The notes under the pieces: model-generated
Told to the model about the DNA's origin: nothing
The model's input: only the letters and a program-made list of their open reading frames with translations
Database searches by the model: none
Source of the DNA: Thermodesulfobacteriota bacterium
GTDB taxonomy: Bacteria > Desulfobacterota_D > UBA1144 > Nemesobacterales > Mycalebacteriaceae
Assembly (NCBI GenBank): GCA_965226585.1
Contig: OZ245366.1
Coordinates: 1,088,001 to 1,152,000, forward strand
Length of the DNA: 64,000 bases
Direction: 5' to 3'
Shown here: piece after piece, positions 40,537 to 49,901 of the stretch
Numbering within the stretch: position 1 is the first letter of the stretch
How the letters are laid out: each line of letters begins with the position of its first letter
Position numbers and translations under genes: made by a program

Positions 40537-42180
40537 TCAGGGATTTTGTTTGAAGCGCGAGGAAAGAATTTTCACTATCTCCGTCAGGCGGCTTTTAGCC
40601 GCGTAAATTGAATAGGAATAGACATGTCCGACTGGCGCGTAATTTTTCAGAAAAAAGGATTCGAAATCGTCTCTGAAAATCCGGTGAGAGGAAGGAAACA
40701 CTGATTCCATGGAAAACATCTCACCCTCTTTGTGGGCAAGGAGAAAAACATCAACTTTTTGCGATTCAAGAGCGGCAATCTGAACGGACATATAAGTTTC
40801 ATTCCAATCCTTGACGGGCTCCATCATAAAGTGGGGAAAATGCGAAAGCGCCCGCCCGTTTGGATAAATAAACGGTTGCCCCGCAATGTAGAGAGTATAG
40901 AGCGAAGAGTCGCTCGGCATGACTTCAACAACAAGCCCGTTAAGTAATTGTGATGTTTTCTTCATGTTTTTTTCAAAACTGTTCCAATACGTCCTTTCAC
41001 CAATAAATCGACCTCTCTGGTGCAGGGAAGTCTGCAAATAAGAAGGAGTGTCGTGAAAGGAAAAACATAAAGAGAGCGCCGAGGCGAAAATCCAGCCGCC
41101 GCAAATAAAAGCCGCGCGTTTCCCGATTCCCGCCAGAACCGCCCTCTGTCCGGCAAGAACCATAAGAGGCGGCATCATATAAAAAATATGATCATTTCCG
41201 CTTCCCCAGTCAGTTGCGGGACCTAAAAGAATAAACACGAAAGCAAAAGTCATGAGGGTTGCCGAAATAAAAACGGGTTTTTCCCGCCTTTCCCTTATTG
41301 CTCCGATAAGAACCGCAAGAACAACGGTTCCGCCAATCAGCGACCACGGAAGATGATTCCAGGATTTAACGCGGGTTCCCGAAAAAGCCTCAATCACTGC
41401 AAAGTACGCCTCAAGTGAAAAAGAGGGATGAAGGAAAGATACAAGAGCGAAAACAATGGAAAAACCCGCCGCTCCGGCAATCCAGAGAGTTCCGCGCTCA
41501 TAAATAACAAGGGGAATCAGCGCCATAACCCCTATCGCGCCGTGAGGTTTGCCAATGGCGCACATTGCGAGACCAAGCCCCGCCAAAAGCATTGAGACGG
41601 CGGAATTGCGTATTGAAAAAGCCGCAAACAGGGAAAGAGATATGCCGAACAAAAGAGACGCCTCTTTGAGTTCAAACCGGAGCGGAATCTGGAATAAAAT
41701 CAGGGCAAAAAGGCACAAAATTGCCGCAATGCCGGCGTTTGTTCCGAAACGCCTGAGGAATAAAATTGACATTAAAGCAATAAATCCCCAGAACATCAGA
41801 AGAGACGCCACGCCGTCTGCGGTAAACGGATTGTCAAAAAAAGGAATGAAAGCCGCGCCAATCAGAAAACTGTAAGGCCCGTACACCATCAGTTGCATAT
41901 CCCCCTGCGGTGAAGAAAAGAAAACCGGCTTCATCGCCGCAACTGCCTGAGAAAGCAGTGTTACGCTTGAGGGAGTGTGGTTGAGCCGGGTGGGAAATAT
42001 GGCATACCTTACGCTGTAATCAAGCATCCATATGGCGCAAACCGCAATCGCGATTATGGAAACAGTCCGGAAATTGTCAGATAAAAAACGCGGGAAAGAG
42101 TTTCGCGGGTCTGAGCGGAAAAGAAACCAGACACCCATAAAAAATGTAAAAACTGTAATCCAGACAAGCGACTGAGCCAT
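40537..42180 (-). CDS. Polytopic membrane protein (possible GT-C-type glycosyltransferase)
   Basis: Many hydrophobic segments, YGP motif in an early loop, soluble C-terminal domain; functional call is inference. Confidence 0.6.
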   Translation of the reverse strand: MAQSLVWITVFTFFMGVWFLFRSDPRNSFPRFLSDNFRTVSIIAIAVCAIWMLDYSVRYAIFPTRLNHTPSSVTLLSQAVAAMKPVFFSSPQGDMQLMVYGPYSFLIGAAFIPFFDNPFTADGVASLLMFWGFIALMSILFLRRFGTNAGIAAILCLFALILFQIPLRFELKEASLLFGISLSLFAAFSIRNSAVSMLLAGLGLAMCAIGKPHGAIGVMALIPLVIYERGTLWIAGAAGFSIVFALVSFLHPSFSLEAYFAVIEAFSGTRVKSWNHLPWSLIGGTVVLAVLIGAIRERREKPVFISATLMTFAFVFILLGPATDWGSGNDHIFYMMPPLMVLAGQRAVLAGIGKRAAFICGGWIFASALSLCFSFHDTPSYLQTSLHQRGRFIGERTYWNSFEKNMKKTSQLLNGLVVEVMPSDSSLYTLYIAGQPFIYPNGRALSHFPHFMMEPVKDWNETYMSVQIAALESQKVDVFLLAHKEGEMFSMESVFPSSHRIFRDDFESFFLKNYAPVGHVYSYSIYAAKSRLTEIVKILSSRFKQNP

Positions 42181-42182
42181 TC

Positions 42183-43694
42183 TCAACTCTCCCTGCGGGG
42201 TACGTAACGCTCGCCTGAAACTGAACTCGCAATCCGTGAGCCGCCCGAAGCGGATTCGCTGTATTCCGTGTCCTGATGCATAAGTTCCCACGGGTTTGCG
42301 GACTCGCCTGAAATAATTCCGTTAACGGTCAAAAGCGCGGTCATCATTGAGTGATCCTGATTGTTATAGAGGTGAAGACCGTTTCTGCCGACAGGATAAA
42401 AGCCCGGCGCTTTTTTCTCAAGCTCATCCCTTATTTTGCTGACGTGCAGTTTGTAATCGCCGTCATATACCGGATACGCCTTTGGCTGACGGACAACACA
42501 GCCGTCAATAATGTCTTCGGGGCGCAGAAGGCCGGTTTCAACAATTTCGCGTTTTGCGGTTTCAATAATTTCGTGGTCTGGCATGTTCCAGGTTCCGTCC
42601 CCTTCAAAGCAGAAATACTCAAGTCCCCAGCAATTTGTTCCGGGAACCGGCACAAGTTCGGGAGACCATGCGCGGTAGTTTTGCATACGGACAAAACTCA
42701 CGTTCGGGTCGTGAACATAGACCCAGTGGTCGGGCAGAATTTCGCGGTTTTCACGGAAAATCAGGGCGCAGATCAGGTAGTCGCGGTATTTGAGCGAGTT
42801 TGCCGAAGCGGTGGAATCAAGGGCGGGTTTGATAAGCGGCACTGTTTTGCCAAGCGGGGCGGAACAGATAATATTTTTTGAGATTATCTGCCCCCCCCCA
42901 GTCTGATTTTGCCCGCCTTCGCCATTTGCGGAGGTGTAAGTTGTATGCCACATTCCGTCTTTGAGTTCATATCCCTCCGCGCGGCGGCCCATAAGAATTT
43001 CCCCGCTCTCCATGGAGTTTATTTTCTCAGCCATTTTCTCCCACATCATTCCCGGACCCTTTCGCGGATAGCGGAATGTGTTCTGCAGGCTGGTTTGCGA
43101 GTTGCCGGACACAATATTTTTCAGCATTTCCAACACTGAGAACGGTTTTATGCGCTGAGACGCCCAGTCCCGGGAAATATCGCGACAGTCCATTCCCCAA
43201 ACTTTTTCGGTGTAGGTTTTGAAGAAGATTTCAAAAAAGCGTCTTCCGAACGCCCTCACAACCCATTCTTCAAAATTTTCGGGCTCTTTGCGGGAAAAGG
43301 ACAAACGCTCTTTCAAGTACGAAAGCGCGCAAAGCAATGACTCGCGAAGACCCAGTTTTGACAGAGCGTCAAAGGGGCTGAACGGATAGTTGAAAAAATG
43401 CCCTCTGTACAGAATTCTGCTCATTCGCGAGCAGGTGAGCATGTCGTCCGGGAGTATGTCGCTCCAGATATCCTCGGCTTCCTTCCATTTTGAAAAGAAT
43501 CGGTGTCCGCCGATGTCCAGCAGGTAGCCCTTGTATCTGTGGGAGCGTGAGATGCCTCCCACATAAACGGGGTCGGATTCAAGAACTACGCAGGAGAGAC
43601 CTTTTTTGAGCAGTAAATAAGCGGCCGTCAGCCCTGCGGGACCGCCGCCGACAATGCACACATCCACGTTTTTTGTCTGAGTTGAATCTCCCAT
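42183..43694 (-). CDS. FAD/NAD(P)-dependent oxidoreductase (HemY/UDP-galactopyranose mutase-like superfamily)
   Basis: GGGPAG dinucleotide motif, DIGGHRFFSK, YTEKVWG, AYPVYD, GRNGLHLYNNQDHSM. Confidence 0.85.
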   Translation of the reverse strand: MGDSTQTKNVDVCIVGGGPAGLTAAYLLLKKGLSCVVLESDPVYVGGISRSHRYKGYLLDIGGHRFFSKWKEAEDIWSDILPDDMLTCSRMSRILYRGHFFNYPFSPFDALSKLGLRESLLCALSYLKERLSFSRKEPENFEEWVVRAFGRRFFEIFFKTYTEKVWGMDCRDISRDWASQRIKPFSVLEMLKNIVSGNSQTSLQNTFRYPRKGPGMMWEKMAEKINSMESGEILMGRRAEGYELKDGMWHTTYTSANGEGGQNQTGGGQIISKNIICSAPLGKTVPLIKPALDSTASANSLKYRDYLICALIFRENREILPDHWVYVHDPNVSFVRMQNYRAWSPELVPVPGTNCWGLEYFCFEGDGTWNMPDHEIIETAKREIVETGLLRPEDIIDGCVVRQPKAYPVYDGDYKLHVSKIRDELEKKAPGFYPVGRNGLHLYNNQDHSMMTALLTVNGIISGESANPWELMHQDTEYSESASGGSRIASSVSGERYVPRRES

Positions 43695-43849
43695 GGCAGA
43701 AATATGAAGATGTAGTATAACAAACCTGCGGGGCGGGGAAAGTGCGGCTCCACAAGAGAGAAAAAATTGCGCGCGCAAGGGGGCGGCGCAGAAAATTGAA
43801 AAACGGATAACCCCTTGTATAATCAGGGCCTAAACGCATCATTTCCGTT

Positions 43850-44788
43850 ATGCCTTCAACTCAAATATCACGCGCCCGGGGCTGTCTGCTGGGACAACTG
43901 GCGGGAGATTCTCTTGGCAGTCTTGTTGAGTTCAGTTCTGCCGAAGAGATTGGAGGGCTTTATCCCGGCGGGGTGCGAAAACTCGCAGACGGCGGTTACT
44001 GGAACACAATTGCGGGACAGCCCACCGATGATTCTGAAATGGCTCTCGCGCTTGCGCGTTCGCTTGTGGATCTGGGGCGTTATGACGCAAAAGCCGTAAA
44101 GGCGGCGTATGTTGACTGGCTGGCGTCTGACCCGTTTGACGTTGGAAATACGGTTCGCGGGGGGCTTATTGGAGAACATAAACCGGACAGTCAGGCAAAC
44201 GGCGCGTTGATGAGAATCAGCCCTTTGGGAATTTTCGGGGTCAATTACACCGTCAGTGAGGTTGCCGAATGGGCGCGGCGGGACGCAGAGATCACGCATA
44301 TTCATAAGATATGCGCGCAATGCAACGACCTTTTCGCAACGGCAATCGCTTATTCCATAAAAAACTGTTGTAACGGCGGGGAGTTATACGAAAGCATAAA
44401 AAAGCGTGCCGGAGAAATTGACGCGGAACCGCAACTGTTGGACATCATAGCAAGAGCCGCCACTCAAAAGCCCAGTGACTACATGAAAACGCGGGGCTGG
44501 GTTTTAATCGCGTTTCAAAATGCCCTTTGGCAGTTGCTACACGCGCCGAACTTTGAGGAAGGCGTGGTTGACACCGTAATGCGCGGCGGCGACACGGACA
44601 CAAACGCCGCCATTTGCGGGGCTCTGCTTGGCTCTGTGTATGGAGAGGGTGCGATTCCCGAACAGTGGAAGAAATGCCTGAAAAACTGCCGCCCTTCTCA
44701 CGACAACCTGAAAGCGGAAAATCCCAGACCGGAATGCTACTGGCCCTGCGATGCGGTGGAACTTGCTGAGAAGTTGCTGGGGGTTTAG
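43850..44788 (+). CDS. ADP-ribosylglycohydrolase (DraG/ARH family)
   Basis: GDSLG, PTDDSEM, NGALMRISP, ITH, GGDTDTNAAICGALLG. Confidence 0.92.
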   Translation: MPSTQISRARGCLLGQLAGDSLGSLVEFSSAEEIGGLYPGGVRKLADGGYWNTIAGQPTDDSEMALALARSLVDLGRYDAKAVKAAYVDWLASDPFDVGNTVRGGLIGEHKPDSQANGALMRISPLGIFGVNYTVSEVAEWARRDAEITHIHKICAQCNDLFATAIAYSIKNCCNGGELYESIKKRAGEIDAEPQLLDIIARAATQKPSDYMKTRGWVLIAFQNALWQLLHAPNFEEGVVDTVMRGGDTDTNAAICGALLGSVYGEGAIPEQWKKCLKNCRPSHDNLKAENPRPECYWPCDAVELAEKLLGV

Positions 44789-44823
44789 AGGCGGCGCGTC
44801 CAGTGGTAAAACGTTGCAGCAAA

Positions 44824-44852
44824 TTGACGTTTTAGTGTCATAACGCTATGAT
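44824..44852 (+). promoter_or_regulatory. Sigma70-type promoter of the antitoxin-RelE operon with overlapping inverted repeat
   Basis: TTGACG-17 nt-TATGAT; TCATA-ACGC-TATGA overlaps the -10. Confidence 0.65.
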
Positions 44853-44869
44853 GTCATCGGGAGAAAAAA

Positions 44870-45109
44870 ATGGCAAAAAACATGGAAACAAGACGCACTA
44901 CCATCTACCTTGAGTCTGAGCTTGCGCGTCAGCTCCGTCTGATAGCCGCAGAAAACGACACATCGGTCTCGGCAGTAGTAAATGATTTTTTGAAAAATTG
45001 TCTTGAAGAAGATGCCGCAGACTACGCTGTAGTTAAACAGCGCGAAAACGAACCCGCTGTTCCGTTTGAAAAAGTCGTAAAAGACCTGAAGAAACGTGGA
45101 AAGTTATAA
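44870..45109 (+). CDS. CopG/ribbon-helix-helix antitoxin
   Basis: RTTIYL...LRLIAAE...SVSAVVN...EDAAD...[14 protein letters not shown]; overlaps a RelE-like ORF. Confidence 0.8.
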   Translation: MAKNMETRRTTIYLESELARQLRLIAAENDTSVSAVVNDFLKNCLEEDAADYAVVKQRENEPAVPFEKVVKDLKKRGKL

Positions 45110-45398
45110 AATCGAATTAAGGAAGAGCGCGGTAAAAGAACTTGAGTCGCTTTCCAATGGCAAAACGAGGAGACAGGTGGCGGCAAGAATACAGTCTCTG
45201 TTGACTAATCCAAAATCCGCCCGTGGTGTGGAGAAACTTTCTGAAACCAACAAATTCAAGGATTGCTACAAAATAAGGCAGGGAAATTATAGGGTTGTTT
45301 ATACGGTTGATGACGAGAAGAAACTGGTTGTGATAGAGAGAATAAGGCACAGGAAAGACGCATTTGGGGAGCGATTAACTAAGGGATTGAGCAAAAAG
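45096..45398 (+). CDS. RelE/ParE family toxin; no stop codon, reads in frame into the downstream ATPase
   Basis: [37 protein letters not shown]. Confidence 0.8.
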
Positions 45399-45970
45399 AT
45401 GAACAATCAGCCGGTTTGCACAATTATAGCGGGGCCTAACGGCGCGGGGAAAACCACTTTTGCTATGGAGTTTCTGCCGCAGACAAATTGCGGAATTTTT
45501 CTGAACGCCGACATGATAGCCACAGCGCTTTCGCCGCTCGGGGAAAGTGAGAAACAACTGCTGAAAGCGGGGAAACTCTTCCTGCAAGAGGTTGAGGATT
45601 GTATTGAGAAAAGAGAGAACTTTGCTTTTGAAACAACCCTTTCCGGCAAGGCGCATTTGGGAGGGTTCACCGTATGCTGGCTGACGGCTGGCGCGTGAAT
45701 ATGATTTATTTGTGGATACCGAGTGCCGAGACTTCGCTAAACCGCGTCCGCGAGCGCGTCCGGCAAGGCGGGCATAATGTGCCGGAGAAGGATATACGCA
45801 GACGATATGGAAGAACTTTGCGGAACTTGTTTGAATATGCGGCGGTTTGCAGTGAGTTTGAGTGCATTGACAGTTCCAAAAGAGAGAAAAAACTCATCTT
45901 TAGGCAGAAGGGAGAAAGTGTTACAGTATTGAATCAGGAGTTATACAATAGACTGAAACGTGAGGCTAAG
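45399..45970 (+). pseudogene. Zeta-toxin-like P-loop kinase/ATPase split by a frameshift near 45660
   Basis: [24 protein letters not shown] in one frame; RVRERVRQGGHNVP..IRRRY in the -1 frame. Confidence 0.75.
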
Positions 45971-46216
45971 ATGAAAGAAACGAAAGCGAAAGAGAGCGCA
46001 AGGAAATACGAGGCGGATATGGGCAAGCCTGCAAAAGGCGCAAAACGCCATATAGGAGATGTTGACACAGAGTTTATTCTCGATTGCTGGGAGCGCGCGG
46101 TTTCCAAGGAACTGGAACGCAAACGCAAACTCGGCTATGACGCGATTATTGTTGAAGATAACATCATAATGAAGTTGCACCCGGATGGGAGTAAAACGGA
46201 GATTGGGCGGGTTTAA
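45971..46216 (+). CDS. Small protein (probable partner of the zeta-like ATPase), in frame with the ATPase C-terminus
   Basis: GAGG then ATG at 45971; AVSKELERKRKLG..IIVED..IMKLHPDG. Confidence 0.55.
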   Translation: MKETKAKESARKYEADMGKPAKGAKRHIGDVDTEFILDCWERAVSKELERKRKLGYDAIIVEDNIIMKLHPDGSKTEIGRV

Positions 46217-46340
46217 TTAAAAGGGGTTTTCCCGCAGACTGCGAAATTACGATGAACAAAGAGAAGCGCGTGGGAGTGTTTGATATTACACCTCAATGTA
46301 TTTGTACAAGTACAAAAATGACAGGTAGGAACGCCACAAA

Positions 46341-47468
46341 TTGGGTGCTTTTCAAGAAAACAAAAGATTCATTATTGTAAGTCTTATATCCGTAGTGGGG
46401 GTACTGTGTTTTATAGGGTATCTCCAGTGGGAATACGAGGAAAAGAAAGAAATTGAGATGTCCAGAACAGTTATGGACACACGTTATTTTTATTATTACA
46501 CCGAACTTGAGTTAATTCTGAAACAGTTCAAAGAGAATATATCAAAGGATAATGCTTTTTCTTTGATGGAACAATCTGTCAGTACCAGTAAAGACAAATT
46601 CACTAATGACATCAAGCAAATTGCACAAGAACTCCCAATAACCAGATCAAATAACTATTGCGACAGCAACGAATTTTACATATCCGTAAAACAGGCACAG
46701 GCACAGAAAGCACTTGAGGAATCGTTGTCCAGAGCTTACCAGACAATAGAGGATAGGATGACCACCACGCAGAAAGCTCAATATCTGGCAGAGGAAACTT
46801 GGGAAGGGTTTATTCTGAACTGCAAAAATCCTTACAGCAAAACAGCACGCAAGGCTTGTACCGTGGGCGGAGCAATGCGTCACACGGCTTTGGCAATGGG
46901 TGCTGGATATTTGACCCTCAAAACCGGAGGGATTGGCGGAGGATTAGTGTTCAGATTGGCACTATCCTCTCTGATTAGCGAGATAACACACAATTGGATT
47001 GAGGATGAATTTGCCAGTTCAGAATTCAAGTTGGCAATACAAAAGGAGTCGACACTCCACTTTACTACTAATCTGGTGGCGAGTATTTTTGCTGGTGGTA
47101 TGAACGCGAAAAAAATCAAAGACATGGTTTCCCTTATAAAAGGGTATGAATTTTCACACGCAATACCAGCAAGGACTTTCAACAAAATCGGTATTGAAGG
47201 AAGAAAAGGTCTGGCAAATTCAATCTGGAATGGTAATTTTGTCCCACAATTTTTTCACGGAGCAACTGATCCATTTGCCTACCATGCTCGTTTCGAGACT
47301 GGGGCAAAACTTTACCCCTCGGCGATAAGAATGCTGGGGCGTACTCCGGTAAGTTGGCACAATGCAATATCTACATCATTGGTCGATGGAGTTCCGGTTG
47401 CGATAGACAGCTTTGGACGCGCCGTAGCAGATAAATGCCACGAGCAAAAAATAGAACGCATTAACTGA
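46341..47468 (+). CDS. Membrane-anchored hypothetical protein with a possible toxin-like C-terminal domain
   Basis: N-terminal transmembrane helix, Gly/Ala-rich hydrophobic segment, EFSHAIP...SIWNGNFV...HGATDP; AT-rich. Confidence 0.6.
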   Translation: MGAFQENKRFIIVSLISVVGVLCFIGYLQWEYEEKKEIEMSRTVMDTRYFYYYTELELILKQFKENISKDNAFSLMEQSVSTSKDKFTNDIKQIAQELPITRSNNYCDSNEFYISVKQAQAQKALEESLSRAYQTIEDRMTTTQKAQYLAEETWEGFILNCKNPYSKTARKACTVGGAMRHTALAMGAGYLTLKTGGIGGGLVFRLALSSLISEITHNWIEDEFASSEFKLAIQKESTLHFTTNLVASIFAGGMNAKKIKDMVSLIKGYEFSHAIPARTFNKIGIEGRKGLANSIWNGNFVPQFFHGATDPFAYHARFETGAKLYPSAIRMLGRTPVSWHNAISTSLVDGVPVAIDSFGRAVADKCHEQKIERIN

Positions 47469-48114
47469 GTTCAGCGTACCTTTCAGCAATATTGACGATA
47501 CTTTCCTTAAACTCCGCAATCCTTTCAGGGTGTCTTGGTCCCCTGCGAGTTCCAGATTCTGGACGCTTCATGATGTATGAGTAATGTTGAATCTTCTCAG
47601 TGGCGGGAACTTGAAGCCCAAGAGACTCCATGTATTTCAAAATTCTGTCGGCTTGACCGCCAACAGCAATAAGGACTTTTGGCTTGCCAAAGTCAATTTG
47701 ACTCTGAAGAACAGGCATCCAAATCTCAGATTGACTTTTCCAGTATTGAGAATCACTACTCTTCTTCCGGTTTCTTTCTCCCACCACCTCAGGCTCTTTT
47801 ATCACATTTGTCATGTAGCACTTCCATCCCTCGTTTAGTGCTGGATTGCCGCTTTTGAGATTCGCTTCAGCAATTGCATCACGGAACAACTTGCATTCAT
47901 CGGCTCCATAATCCCACTGCAAGTTTTCTGTTTTTTCCGAATACCTGCTATCAACCTCTTTCACGGCATTGAGACTGGGATTTTCCGCAACAAACCACAC
48001 GGGCGAATTCACATCACCCAAACAACTGGTCAACCAGGGAAAATCGTTGAGCCAATTATATAAACCGTTGTCTTTTACAGTCATTCGAATAGAAGTCAGG
48101 GTATCCATAAACAA
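47461..48114 (-). CDS. Uracil-DNA glycosylase superfamily protein
   Basis: VWFVAENPS, YMTNVIK, KPKVLIAVGGQA, IQHYSY correspond to UDG-like motifs. Confidence 0.7.
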   Translation of the reverse strand: MFMDTLTSIRMTVKDNGLYNWLNDFPWLTSCLGDVNSPVWFVAENPSLNAVKEVDSRYSEKTENLQWDYGADECKLFRDAIAEANLKSGNPALNEGWKCYMTNVIKEPEVVGERNRKKSSDSQYWKSQSEIWMPVLQSQIDFGKPKVLIAVGGQADRILKYMESLGLQVPATEKIQHYSYIMKRPESGTRRGPRHPERIAEFKESIVNIAERYAELS

Positions 48115-48129
48115 AAACCCCTCACAACC

Positions 48130-48444
48130 TCACTCCGAACCCACTTGAATATCAATCCCTTCTCTTTTATGCAGGGATGCAAGGAGTGTGGAAATGTTAT
48201 TCAAACTCGGATTGCCGGAGGAACTGAGCATTCTCATTAGGCTTTCAGGTTTCTTGTCGGTCAGTTTTGCCAATCCCTTGAATCCAATGGTGGCGTTTAC
48301 ATAGTCGCGTAACAAACTTTTCGCGACATCCGCTTCGCCCATTGCAAGGCATTTTACCGCCTCATGGAGAAGCCCGACCCTGAACTCCGGGTCTCTTTGT
48401 GCTCTCGCTTTGACTGTTTCAGCAAAATCACGCGTCAATGCCAT
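48130..48444 (-). CDS. HTH antitoxin of an addiction module
   Basis: MALTRDF.ETV.AR..RDPEF...LRDYVNATIGF...KSLMRML-like segment and GNP. Confidence 0.85.
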   Translation of the reverse strand: MALTRDFAETVKARAQRDPEFRVGLLHEAVKCLAMGEADVAKSLLRDYVNATIGFKGLAKLTDKKPESLMRMLSSSGNPSLNNISTLLASLHKREGIDIQVGSE

Positions 48445-48794
48445 AGCGCTTCACCTTCTTTTTTTCTTGATTTGTATTCCATCCAAAGACCTTTGGCTTT
48501 CTCAATATCGCGACTCTGAGATTTTTTGGTTCCACCGCCAAGCAAAACAACCAGCTTGTCACCGTCTCTTCCAAAATAGACACGGTATCCGGGACCAATA
48601 TTCACCCGATATTCACTAACGCCCTGCCCCACTGACTTCACATTTGAAAAATTCCCTTGTTTCATACGGGCAACCACAGCATCAATCCTCAAAGCCGCCT
48701 GAACATCAAGACCGTCAAACCACTTACCAAAAGGACTGTTACCGTCTTTCCGCTCATACTCAACAACTTTAATCTCGCCCGTCGATACTAACAT
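48435..48794 (-). CDS. RelE/ParE-fold addiction module killer protein
   Basis: SPFGKWF, GNFSNVKSVGQGVSEYR, GPGYRVYFG, LLGGGTKKSQSRDIEKAK. Confidence 0.9.
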   Translation of the reverse strand: MLVSTGEIKVVEYERKDGNSPFGKWFDGLDVQAALRIDAVVARMKQGNFSNVKSVGQGVSEYRVNIGPGYRVYFGRDGDKLVVLLGGGTKKSQSRDIEKAKGLWMEYKSRKKEGEALWH

Positions 48795-48812
48795 ATATGT
48801 TACACGAACTCA

Positions 48813-48851
48813 AAAATCCATTCTTCCAAAACTGAAAAGCACAAAGACAGA
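48813..48851. repeat. 39-bp direct repeat, copy 1 (duplicate of the 16S trailer stem arm)
   Basis: AAAATCCATTCTTCCAAAACTGAAAAGCACAAAGACAGA, identical to 50952-50990. Confidence 0.95.
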
Positions 48852-48881
48852 TGAACAATCTACAGTTCACCTATCTTCTGG

Positions 48882-49901
48882 CTACCCTTTTAACCATTTG
48901 TTAAGTCTATCTTCACCATCTGGAGGTGGCAAAATTGATTCTACTTCAGCATTAGGCCAAATCTTTCTGGCTCCAGACTGTACTTGATTGGGATTCACAT
49001 CCACAACCAACACTTGCTGAATATCACGGCCATTACTTTGAAGGTGGTCGAGAAAACACCGATCATAAGCGTTGAAAGCAAAACCAAAGACAATCATATG
49101 TGAAGTTTCTTTTAAGATTTGAGCAGATAATTCCCATTCATACTTGAGAGTGTCTGGCGGTTTCTTGTATTGTGTGGGAGGAACAATAAGTGGCTTCCTC
49201 CTAGTAATAGTAAGCTTGCAGTCAGTATATTTTGTACCATATTCGTCCCAAGACAAACTTCCATGAACTTTGGCTATGGAGATGTTTCCTCCTAGTTTCA
49301 CTGGGTTCTTATTGCTATTTGCAGCAGGATAAGGGCCACGCCCCTTCAAAGGTTCTCCGTATTTTCCATAGTTAAACAACTTTGTACCCAATGCATATTC
49401 TATTAAAGTATCGTAATTAGTAGTGATAATACCATTCCCGCGAGGGTTAGAGTTCAGGATAAATTGCCGAGCAGTCTGGATTCCGGATACTTGAAATTTT
49501 CTCTCTTCATCAAACATTAAAACACGCCTGTTAATACGTCTCTGATACCCTCCCTCTTTCCAGATACAATTATCCACAAGCCTTCTTTGTAAGTACCAAA
49601 CGAGGGCATTTGTCACTATTTCGTTCTTGTTAGCAGAGGAAAATACATACTCTATAAATTGCTCGGCATTAGCCCTATGTTGTTTTTCCTTGTCCCAACC
49701 TTCTTTAAAAGATTTCAGTATTTGAGATTTTCTTTCTTCATCACGCGTATCAAGTTCCATTTGAAAGTCAAACAACTCAGACGCGACAGGCAACCCCGCC
49801 GCCCACTTTGAAAAACCTGCCCCTAGAAGCAATCCGACCATATTCTTACTCTTCCGTTCAACCGTACTAGTTTCCGGAAACAGCAGGCTAGTTTGGCTCA
49901 A
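48882..49901 (-). CDS. SIR2-like domain protein
   Basis: LLLGAGFS, IITTNYDTLIE, KVHGSLSW, IVPPT..K, VFGFAF..YD; AT-rich. Confidence 0.85.
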   Translation of the reverse strand: MSQTSLLFPETSTVERKSKNMVGLLLGAGFSKWAAGLPVASELFDFQMELDTRDEERKSQILKSFKEGWDKEKQHRANAEQFIEYVFSSANKNEIVTNALVWYLQRRLVDNCIWKEGGYQRRINRRVLMFDEERKFQVSGIQTARQFILNSNPRGNGIITTNYDTLIEYALGTKLFNYGKYGEPLKGRGPYPAANSNKNPVKLGGNISIAKVHGSLSWDEYGTKYTDCKLTITRRKPLIVPPTQYKKPPDTLKYEWELSAQILKETSHMIVFGFAFNAYDRCFLDHLQSNGRDIQQVLVVDVNPNQVQSGARKIWPNAEVESILPPPDGEDRLNKWLKG

